DNA from: Folioceros fuciformis
Taxonomy: Eukaryota
DNA: 64,000 bases
Direction of reading: 5' to 3'
NCBI GenBank assembly: GCA_049999805.1
Contig: JBNGIO010004602.1
Span: forward strand, 1 to 64,000
How positions within the stretch are numbered: the stretch's first letter is position 1; the number at the start of each line of letters is the position of its first letter. The notes below the pieces were generated by a model. That model worked only from the letters and a program-made list of their open reading frames with translations. It was not told where the DNA came from and did not search any database. Below, in pieces: positions 54,747 to 64,000 of this stretch. The position numbers and the translations under genes are program-made.

Positions 54747-57383
54747 TTAATTAATAACCAAGTTCACTCCGGCGCAAAAAGTATGTACAAGGCCATCCAT
54801 GTCTGTCCACCAGCTTTGGCCAGGCTGCTTCCTGGCCCTCATTCGCTTTCTCGTAGCCTGCATCTCCTGGGCTTGCTCCCACATATGGGCACTGGTGTAT
54901 ATGTTGGACATCAAAACGTAGGATGCAGCATGTTTCCTGTCTAGCTTCACTGCTTCATTGAAAGCATAGCGTCCTATCTCCACATTGCTCCACTTTTGAC
55001 AGGCACCCAACAGAGTGTCCCAAACTGCAGCATCAGGAGGCACTGACATTCTTTGTATTAATGCTAGAGCCTCATCCAGGTGCCCTGCACGGCCCAGGAT
55101 ATCCACCATGCAAGTGTAATGGTCTACGGTGGGAGTGATGCCATGCTGCTTCTTGCTCATAGCCTCGAACACCTGTTGGCCTTTGCTCACAAGGCCAGCA
55201 TGACTGCATACTGTTAGCACACTGAGAAACGTGATGTCGTCTGGCTGGGCTCCATCGTCTCCCATTTTGCCGAACAAGTTGAAGACTTGTTCACTGTCTC
55301 CTTGCCGAGTGTAGCCTGCTATTAGTGCGTTCCAAGCAGAAACATTTCGTTTGGGCAATGCGTCAAACACCTGCCGTGCATCAACCATGCTACCGCACTT
55401 CCCGAACATGTTTATCAAACTGCAGGCTACGAGCATGTCTGTTTGTAGCCCTTCTTCTTTGATCTGAGCGTGGAGATGCCTTCCGAGAGGCAAAGCTGCC
55501 ACGTTTGCGCATGCCTGTAGGAGAGACACGAATGTCACTGAATCGGGTGCAGCCATGCCTTCTTCTTGCATATCGTTGTATAGATTGAGGGCTTCCTGCC
55601 CCATGCCCTGCTGGGAGCACCCTGCTATCATAGCGTTCCATGTCACCACATCTTTGTGAGCAAGTCCGTTGAACACGGCCTTGGCATCCTCCAGGCTCGA
55701 GCACTTTGCATACATGCTTACCAAGCTGTTGGCTACGAAAACATCACTCTCCAGCCGTCGTTCTCTGATTTGTGCATGAAGCTGCTGTCCATCCTTCAAA
55801 CCCAGGGTGCCCAGACTTGCACAAGCCTGCAGAAGGGAGACAAATGTCATAGAATCGGGTGCAACCATGTCTTCTTGCATGGCGCTGTACAGACGAAGGG
55901 CTTCCTCTCCCTTGCCCTGCTGCGAATACCCTGCTATCATGGCATTCCATGTCACGACATCTCTCTTTCCAAGACTGTCAAACACTCCCTCAGCTTCTTC
56001 CAAGCTGCCACACTTCGCATACATGCTGACCAAACTGTTGGCTACAAACACATCAGCTTGAATCCCTTGTTCTCTAATTTGTGAGTGAATCTGCCTCCCC
56101 TTCTCCAAAGCTGGGCTGCCCACACTTGCGCATGCCTGCAGGAGGGATAAAAAGGTCACAGAATCGGGAATAGCTACCCCTTCCTCTTCCATAGCCGTGT
56201 ACAGATCAAGAGCTTCCAGCCCCTTCCCCTGTTGAGAATATCCTGCCACCATAGCACTCCATGTCACCACATTCTTCGACCTAAGTCCATCAAAAACTCT
56301 CCGAGCCTCCTGCAGGCTGCCACACTTCACATACATGTTCAACAAGCTGCTGGCCACATACACATCAGTATCAAGCCGTTGTTCTTCAATCCGTGCGTGC
56401 AGCTCCCTCCCAAGCTGTAACGCTGCCGCGTTTGCACATGCCTGCAAAAGGCATACAAATGTCACAGACGTAGGTACCTCCGTGCCCTCTTCCGTCATGG
56501 CACTGTAAAGACGAAGCGCTTCTTGGCCCAGGCCCTGCTGGGAATGCCCTGCTATCATCGCATTCCATGTCACCGCATCCTTCCGACTGAGTCCATTGAA
56601 CACCCTCCGAGCGTCTTCCAAGCTACCACACTTTGCATACATGTCCACCAAGGAACTAGAGACAAACAAATCAGGCTCCTCGCCAGTGGCCATTACATCA
56701 GCGTGCACCTGCTGCCCAGCTTCCAAGTCTGCTGCCTTTGCACAAGCCTGAAGGGCAGCCACAAAGACATGCCCATCTGGCTTCACACTTGACCCACGCA
56801 TCTCACGATACAGCTGTATAGCCTGCTTGTCTCGTCCATGTTTAACGTGTGCAGAAATGATGGAAGACCACATGAAGACATCTGGTTCTGCAACCATGGT
56901 GAACACATCCATCGCTTCCCGTAACCTGTCGTGCGAGGCATACATCCTCAGCATGTGGTTGCACAGGAACGTATCCGCCTCATACCCGACTTTCACCGTG
57001 AAAGCATGCACCCGGCGACCCAGAACCAGATCCCTCACCAAACATCTCCTGAGAACTGTATAGACATCAGTCTTGGACACACTAGCCTGTGTCTGCACCA
57101 GAACTCCCAAACCCTCAACAGCCTCAGCAACATTCCCCTGGTGACAAAGCTCTCTGACATCTTCAGTCGTCACGCCCCTGTAACATCCAGCTCCTTCTCC
57201 AGTCACACATCCTGGTGCACGTACCGGATTCCTCGCAAAGCTGGCGTACGTTGAATTCAAATTAGCGGGACTTCTTCCTACAACGCCTGTCAAACCACCA
57301 ATTTGCAGAGTACCAGAAAACTGGCCCCCCCACAGCTCCTGTTGCCCTTTGCCAGACTCGATTGCGAAGTTCCAAGCAGCCAT
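54747..57383 (-). CDS. PLS-class PPR protein 4 (about 21 repeats; WW box, DYW absent)
   Basis: Open frame 57440-54747, first in-frame ATG at 57383. Five internal PLS triplets, P2L2S2, E1-E2, KQPGQSWWTDMDGLVHTFCAG then VNLVIN*. Confidence 0.93.
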   Translation of the reverse strand: MAAWNFAIESGKGQQELWGGQFSGTLQIGGLTGVVGRSPANLNSTYASFARNPVRAPGCVTGEGAGCYRGVTTEDVRELCHQGNVAEAVEGLGVLVQTQASVSKTDVYTVLRRCLVRDLVLGRRVHAFTVKVGYEADTFLCNHMLRMYASHDRLREAMDVFTMVAEPDVFMWSSIISAHVKHGRDKQAIQLYREMRGSSVKPDGHVFVAALQACAKAADLEAGQQVHADVMATGEEPDLFVSSSLVDMYAKCGSLEDARRVFNGLSRKDAVTWNAMIAGHSQQGLGQEALRLYSAMTEEGTEVPTSVTFVCLLQACANAAALQLGRELHARIEEQRLDTDVYVASSLLNMYVKCGSLQEARRVFDGLRSKNVVTWSAMVAGYSQQGKGLEALDLYTAMEEEGVAIPDSVTFLSLLQACASVGSPALEKGRQIHSQIREQGIQADVFVANSLVSMYAKCGSLEEAEGVFDSLGKRDVVTWNAMIAGYSQQGKGEEALRLYSAMQEDMVAPDSMTFVSLLQACASLGTLGLKDGQQLHAQIRERRLESDVFVANSLVSMYAKCSSLEDAKAVFNGLAHKDVVTWNAMIAGCSQQGMGQEALNLYNDMQEEGMAAPDSVTFVSLLQACANVAALPLGRHLHAQIKEEGLQTDMLVACSLINMFGKCGSMVDARQVFDALPKRNVSAWNALIAGYTRQGDSEQVFNLFGKMGDDGAQPDDITFLSVLTVCSHAGLVSKGQQVFEAMSKKQHGITPTVDHYTCMVDILGRAGHLDEALALIQRMSVPPDAAVWDTLLGACQKWSNVEIGRYAFNEAVKLDRKHAASYVLMSNIYTSAHMWEQAQEMQATRKRMRARKQPGQSWWTDMDGLVHTFCAGVNLVIN

Positions 57384-57643
57384 GGGCTGACCTGAACCTA
57401 TGGTTGCAAGAAACAACAGCAGAAGCACCAGCCGCAACAAAATGCATTATACATTCATCTATCGAAACTTTCTGTGCTCCTTTCTCTCCTTCCCTTTCAT
57501 CTGTGACACGCCTTCCCGGTGCCACATCCATAGCACCCGGTTACTGTCCACCTTGCATGCTGTTCCTCCAGGCCGATTTGTAAACGAACTTGAACATTAA
57601 TTCTTGCTTTTCCTAAGCACACATCAGCCATCAGTTTGAGAGG

Positions 57644-57903
57644 ATTTCACTTAAGGAGGTTTCTCTTGAGGAGAGGAGATTTCCCTTGAGGAGAGAAGAT
57701 TTCTCTTGAGGAGAGGAGATTTCTCTTGAGGAGACTTCTCGTGAGAAGACTTCTCTTGAGGAGACTTCTCGTGAGGAAACTTCTCTTGAGGAGACTTCTC
57801 GTGAAAAGACTTCTCTTGAGGAGACTTCTCGTGAGGAAACTTCTCTTGAGGAGACTTCTCTTGAGTAGATTTCTCTTGAGGAGATTTCTCTTGAGGAAAT
57901 TTT
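57644..57903. repeat. 15/20-bp tandem repeat (ttctcttgaggagac)n
   Basis: About 16 copies of ttctc(t/g)tgagga. The first units are 20 bp and later units 15 bp. Confidence 0.92.
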
Positions 57904-58229
57904 TTTGTTAGTCAGCTCGGGCTGTGTCCCCTAGCGGATCCCGACTCTGACCTAGCTGTTGACTCTGGCGTGGCGGTCGAGAAGGGAGCCATCATCGACC
58001 CTTACATTGCGGCCATGGCAGATGGAATTATTTTCATGCGCTACAGCGAGGTAGTGTAGATTAGTGATTCGTTGTTGGAAAATGTTGGAGTGTGGTATGG
58101 AGGGAGGTGAGTGCAAATTCGGGCCCACAGGTGACCACGGGATCAGGAGGAAGAAGCCTATATCATTCCTTGAAGGGAAAGAGGCGAAGACTATAGACGA
58201 CCGTAGGAAAGGGACCAGGTCAGTAGTGG

Positions 58230-59092
58230 AGGGGACGGAGCATCGTGTAGTGGCCGACCTGCAAGCTGGTTCTAGGATCAAGGCTGCTTTCCAGAAAGCG
58301 CAAAGCCGTAAAGGGAAGAAATCAATAACAAAATGGGACGGAGACGGGATCAACTCGGACTTGCTCAACGCGTTTTAAAGGAGGATAATGTGGGTGTCGG
58401 CAGCGAAGCAGTAGCGAATTCGTGAGCTTGCCATGAAGAGAGGAAAGGCATCTTCGTTCTCTGCGACGACTTATGGCCCCGTCTTCATCAGATGACTCTT
58501 GCGCCTGATTCGTCTTTTCTGCTTATCACTGGAATTCGGAACGGGGCATCGTATAGTGGCCCCCTCTGTTTGCGGGTTCTGGGACCAGGGTTGCGTTTCA
58601 GAAAGGGCAACGCTGCAAAGGGAAGATACCATTAACAAAATGGGACGAAGACGGCATCAACTCGGACGCGTTGTGGAGGAGGATAATGTGGGTGTCAGCA
58701 ATGACGCTGTAGCGAATGCGTGAGCTTGCCATGAAGAGTGGAGAGGGATCTTCGTTCTCTGCATCGACCTATGGCCCTGTCTTCCATCATCTCTCTCTCC
58801 TGGTTCGTCTTTTCTACTTGATACTGGAATTAGCGACGGAGCATCTTGTAATGGCCCCCTCTGCATGGTGGCTCTAAGACTAGGGTTGCTTTTCGGAAAG
58901 GGGACTGCGTGAACACGAAGGAAACTCACAAAATGAGACGAAGACGGGATCAACTCGGACTTGTACAACGCGATTTGGAGGAGGATAATGTTGGGGTGTC
59001 AGCAGTGAAAGGGATCTTTGTTCTCTGCATCGACCTATGACCCTGTCTCATGTCTCTCGCCGACTTCGACTTCTCTACTTGTTAGTAGAATT
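58230..59092. repeat. ~300-bp diverged tandem triplication
   Basis: Anchor caactcggac at 58351, 58658 and 58951. Shared ggaggataatgt.ggtgtc and tcttcgttctctgc blocks. Confidence 0.85.
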
Positions 59093-60317
59093 CGCCAGCA
59101 AGGAAGAGTGGAGACTGGTTAGGCAGTCCATTCCCAGTTCCTACAATCCGGTCTGATTGCACCCAGACTGCGTCGTGAGAAGGACGGACAATTGTCACAA
59201 TAGATGTTCCGACATCAGGATGCACAACGGGCACTTTATGCTACGCCAAGTGGAGATCATTTAACAAAGATCGCACTGGTCTGTGCAATTCTTTAACATA
59301 TTTGGAAGAACAGCACCATCACCAGAAATTGAAACCCGAGGATGCGTGGGATGGCAAATCCTTGAAATAGAACACAGCGGGAGAAAGCGCCATTTCGGAA
59401 GATTGGTGATTGATCGGAGATTTACTACCCTAAACTGGGCACAAACATTTTTCTGACATTTTTCTCAACGTCTGAATCAGATCAAATCACATCCTTTTAC
59501 GGTGCTTGCATGACTTAAGACTTCGCTTCAGTACGACTGCGCTTATCCCAATCCGGAATCTTGGCGGAGAAGAGAGACCAACACATCTTCAGAGCCTGGT
59601 AACGCAAAATGTCGTAAGAAAATCTGGCTCAGAAGGCCAATCTCAATCAAAGAAAGCCAATCTCAATCAGTAGACCAAGACAGGTTTTTCAAGACAGTTT
59701 TCGCACAACTTTCTTCTGCTCGAGGGCAGAAACTTCTTGCAGGCGTTATTCAAGATGGAAAAACAAGAACATGAGTATGTCCAGAAGGTCCTAAAACTAT
59801 TCTCACTGGAGGTCGTATGAATGCAATTAATGGGCATGCTCAAGACTTCGAGTTCATCAAATTACTTACACAACTAAGTGTCTCTGTCGAATGGTATTAA
59901 AGAATGAATTATCAAGCCAATATGCACAGCCGTTCCCTGCCTTCCTCACCCACCTGTTTCCTACATTTGTAGATGCAAGGCTAATCTTGCATCTGATGAG
60001 ACTTCGAAAGTTCCAGTTCGACCTCAAATCCACAGATGTAAGGGTAGTACTGCATCTGGATGCCCCACATCCATACATGCTCTTGCGTATTTATACATCC
60101 GACCGGCCACCTTATTGCATCCGACCACCTTCCCAAATGGACTGGGTGCCGTGAATCAGAATGGTTCATATGGTTGTCCACTCTTTCCACGCCCTTCTGC
60201 AATGCCAGCCTGAAACTTGCCCATAGGTCATCCATTCCGGTAGCAGAAAAGATGTTGGAGCTTAGCTGAGGTCAACTGTACCACGGCTGGCCACCAGTGA
60301 ACTTTAGTGCAGTTGGA

Positions 60318-62746
60318 CTAGTAAGCCGTGTAACCGTTAAGGCTGTTCTCATTGCCGCTTCCTTCCGCATAGTATGTCAAGTACCACTTCACGAAATGCT
60401 TCAACCCAGTTTCCAGATCTGTTGTGGGGTGATATCTGCAGACAAAGAGGCAGAGTTAGATGAGAACACACATGTGCAAATGGAGGGAACATAGGCAGGT
60501 TTGGAAAAGGAGGCAAACACAAATTTCACACACCCAAGCGCCTTCTTTGCTCTCGTGATATTTGCGTGTGTGTACATCACATCGCCTGTGCTAGGCATCG
60601 GAACAATACTGCAAGACAGAAACGCACACGCGATCAGAAACAGTGACTGAGGTGTTTGAAGACACGAAAACATCACGTTGCATGGTGTTCAATGAAAACT
60701 CACTTCCGGATAGCCTTCTTCTTCAGATGCTTCTCAAGGATGCTCACAAAGTTTCCAACCGTGACAGGTTGTGTGTTCCCGAGGTTGAAAACTCTGAACT
60801 GAGCCTTCCCCTTCTTCTTTCCACCACTTCCAGTACTGGGCAAAGCTGTGTCCAATGATCCCACACAGCCTTTCACCACGTCGTCAATGAACGTGAAATC
60901 CCGAGCCAACTCCTCTCCGTTGTGTCCTTGAAAGATCTTAACAGGCTGCGGGAGGACAAAGACGAGTCAGCGCGAGGACAAAGACGAGTCAGTTGACAGA
61001 CAGAGCCAGCGTGACATCAGCACAACCATTGTCGCGAACATACCCTTCCTTCCTTGATGTTCCGCGTGAAGGAAAAATACGCCATGTCTGGTCGTCCCCA
61101 TGGACCATATACAGTGAAGAACCTGCCGGAAGACGCATTACAGTTGCTTAATACAAACATGAACTAGGAGAGTCAAACTAGAGGAGTCCGACATCCTGTA
61201 GTCTCAAGGCAGACATAATTCTCGACCAGCCTAGAGAAGAATGGTGACCTTAGGGCAGTGATGGAGAGACCATAGATGTGGTTGTAGGTGTGACCTATAG
61301 CTTCATCTGCTTTCTGCACGAGCTCAAGCAGAAGCATACATTGGCACATAAGCCGACAGCCAGTTCCGCGTTCAGTCAGCATTCACAATTGCCGAGATGC
61401 TTACCTTAGTTGCAGCGTAAAGGCTGGCAGGCTGATCAGTTCGATCGTCTTCAGAGAAAGGAATCTACAGGACACGGGCCGCCGTTCGTCAGGCAGGAGA
61501 CACTTGAAAATTGATGGAATCCAATGATGGGCCGAAGGACGTAGACGAAACATGACAGTCGGCATACCTTGCTATTAAGCCCATACACGCTGCTGGACGA
61601 CGCATAGACGATTGCAGGCTGCGGATTAGCTTTCTGCAGGAGAAAGTAAAGGGAGATGAGCTCGGGGTTCATCCCATGGAAGCACGAACCTCAACGGAAA
61701 GGCTGTTGGCCTCACCTTGCACTGTTCAAGAAGCGTGACAAACCCCGCGACATTGCTGGCAACATAGGCCATAGGGTTCTTCGTAGCATACCGTACTCCA
61801 GCCTGCGTGCCACACAGCATCGTCATGACGAGACACGCCAGAAAGCCCGGAAGGAGGAAAGGGAAGACTGCCTAGCACTCCTAACAGTACCTGGGCGGCC
61901 AGATGCAGAACATGTGTGAAGGTCACGACATCGAAGAGCCTGGCAAGCAGTTCCTCGTCATTCAGGTCGCCCTCCGCAATGAACCTGTTACCCGGACAGG
62001 AGGATGAGCGACAGCAGGACAAGGCCCAGGAATTGCAACAGAACCGCTGCACAGAAGTACGGTGCTCCTGAGACCAGGGAGCAGGACTCACACTCCGGCC
62101 TTTTCGAGATTCGCAGCGCGAGCTCTCTTGAGGGCAACAGGGTAGTAATCATTGAAGTTGTCCAAGCCCACAACACCATCGCCCCGCTTCTTGAGAGCCA
62201 GGGAGACATGCGACCCGACGAAACCTGCAGCCCCGGTAACGAGAACCACCAACTTGCCAGTCTCCTGCGGACAGAAACCATGAGCGAATCCCCACAATAG
62301 AAGGCAAACCGCCAGCTTCAAGCTAGCAAAGAGAGAGTAGCAGGGTGCGCAGCGCTGCGAACACACCTCACGTTGCGCAGACCTCCTCACATCCTTCTCC
62401 CAGGACAAGCTGTGACAGCTGCTGAGGTCCGAGAAGCTCCTGGTTGTGACACCACCCGGAGTTCGCAGCAGGAATCCCACAGCCCTGTCCCACAAGAAAC
62501 ATTCAATCAGCCTCGGCCCGAAACCAAGGACCATCCAGCGGGATGAAGCGACAGCACAGAGAGTGACAGAGATCCTCACGTGATGACCAGAAACGTGAAG
62601 AGGCAGCAGGTCCTAATCAGACCCATGTCTCGCCACACCGCCCTGCTGAAGTAGTAGTAGCTGCTGGCGCGCACCTTCTGGTTCCCGTCCGAGTCTAGCA
62701 GCTTCACCAGCTGCGTGGGCAGCACACCTGCCTTCCCCGACGCCAT
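60318..62746 (-). CDS. GAE: UDP-D-glucuronate 4-epimerase (GAE), 12 exons, N-terminal membrane anchor
   Basis: [103 protein letters not shown] 62746, TAG 60318-60320. Confidence 0.95.
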
Positions 62747-64000
62747 GCCTGCCCAGAACCTCCTAGTCTTCCGCACCGTCTTCCTGTCCAGCTGATCAGA
62801 CAGCAGCAGCCGCCTCCAACTAATTTCTTGGCGCGGGAAGCGATCCAGCGGGAACGGCAAAATGCCCGCCTCAGCGGCTCGCCATGCAGGCTACAGCTTC
62901 AGTGGATTCCTTCCTTCCAGCCCGCCGGCTGCTGCTCTCCATCCAGTCACAACAGCAGCAGCGTACTATCTCCCGTAAACTCCACTGCCATCACCTCCGT
63001 TCAGCACTCCTCCCGCTGTCCTTCCACAAATCCGCAGGAAAGCCGAGGCGATTTTCAGAGCTCTTAACACCTAGCACGTGGAGCTTATGTATGTATACAA
63101 ATCCACAAATCTCCAACCAAACAGTTCTTCTTGGGGCTACCTGCTGGTCCAGAGATTCCCAAACCGAAGCCAAGCACCCCACAAACCCACGACACGCAAG
63201 CTCTGTTTTAGTTCCTTTTTCACGGAGAAGTAGCAATGCAATGCGATGCAGCGCGCAGCAATGCAATGCAATACAACGCCCCCGCAGCAGCTCAGCCAAA
63301 GGCTGTCAACCCACCACGAGAAAAACCAGACCAGCACCACCCGCCAGGCAAGCAAGCACCCGGAATCCACAAACTCAGTTCGCCAACAAGCTACCAAGCA
63401 TCACCAAATGGCTTGGCTGGCGATGGGATAACGCGAAGGAGGCCTAAACTAGCTGATCTATGACACGACACAGCAGCAGCAGTGGGCAGGAAAGGCGAGG
63501 CAGACGCTCGGCTAATAGGTGCCGAGGTTTGGCAAGATGGGTCAGCGGCTCCCCTGCTTTCCCACCACCTGCAGCTGCTGGCTGCTCCTTGCTCTTTCAC
63601 CTCTTCGCTTGTCAACTGGCGGGCGACAGAAGGCAGGCAGGCTAAGGCAAAACCACCCGGCCGGCTGCCACCCCCCTTAAATCACACCCGCAGGGGCAGA
63701 GGCAGAGAGAGGCAGGCAAGCAGGCCAGACCAGGCCAGCCCAAAGGGCCAGATGCAGACTCAGAGAGAGACGGTCCAGGGCAGGGCGGCTCCCGCCCCGA
63801 GCCCCGAGCATTGCTCCAGCCTGCCAGCCCCGTCCCTCCTTCTCGGAACCTTCCTTCCCGCGGGATTAGCATTGTACCGTCCGGCCCGGGAGGCCCTCGG
63901 GCTCCTAATAATAACACCCCTCACATCACAGCCAGGCACACTATAATCCGTGTGACAGAAGCAGAAGCAGGAGCAGAATCCGCAGCCGCAGCCGCACTCG

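Noticed and set aside
7977-57383. Assignment of the PPRs as U-to-C (DYW:KP) factors
   Set aside because: They carry the WW-type box rather than the KP-type, and have no catalytic domain from which to infer editing direction.
57726-57911. Arg/Leu-rich 61-aa ORF
   Set aside because: A by-product of the 15-bp repeat, with no ATG start.
59866-60235. Short minus-strand ORFs downstream of GAE
   Set aside because: No recognisable motif; could simply be 3' UTR.

Overview
Gene-dense eukaryotic plant nuclear DNA with short spliceosomal introns. It is most likely a hornwort (Anthoceros-like); this is inferred from the compact genes and from PLS-class PPR proteins carrying the 'SWWTD' (DYW:WW-type) box. 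Ordinary multi-exon genes, in order: UDP-GlcNAc pyrophosphorylase (+), KTI12/DRL1 (-, with a U12 AT-AC intron), zf-DNL/Zim17 protein (+), NIMA-related kinase (+), an orphan repeat protein with a C-terminal Zn-finger-like motif (-), prolyl 4-hydroxylase with ShKT (-), a ~1290-aa acidic orphan (-), PESCADILLO (+) and a 12-exon UDP-glucuronate 4-epimerase (-). Two accessory systems are interleaved with these. (1) Four intact PLS-PPR RNA-editing-factor genes plus scrambled PPR debris. All four stop just after the WW/PG box and so have no deaminase, but they seem to have lost it by different routes: two retain frameshifted DYW fossils in the 3' UTR and two are cut by unrelated DNA. This suggests repeated conversion to E+-like adaptors that need a DYW partner in trans. 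(2) AT-rich islands carrying intronless, strongly diverged copies of host-type genes: a full-length but disabled SUV3 helicase, and an intact CDPK-like kinase without EF hands plus a partial duplicate. These may be cargo of an unrecognised mobile element or endogenous virus. Family assignments come from recalled motifs, not database searches, and exon boundaries were read by eye.
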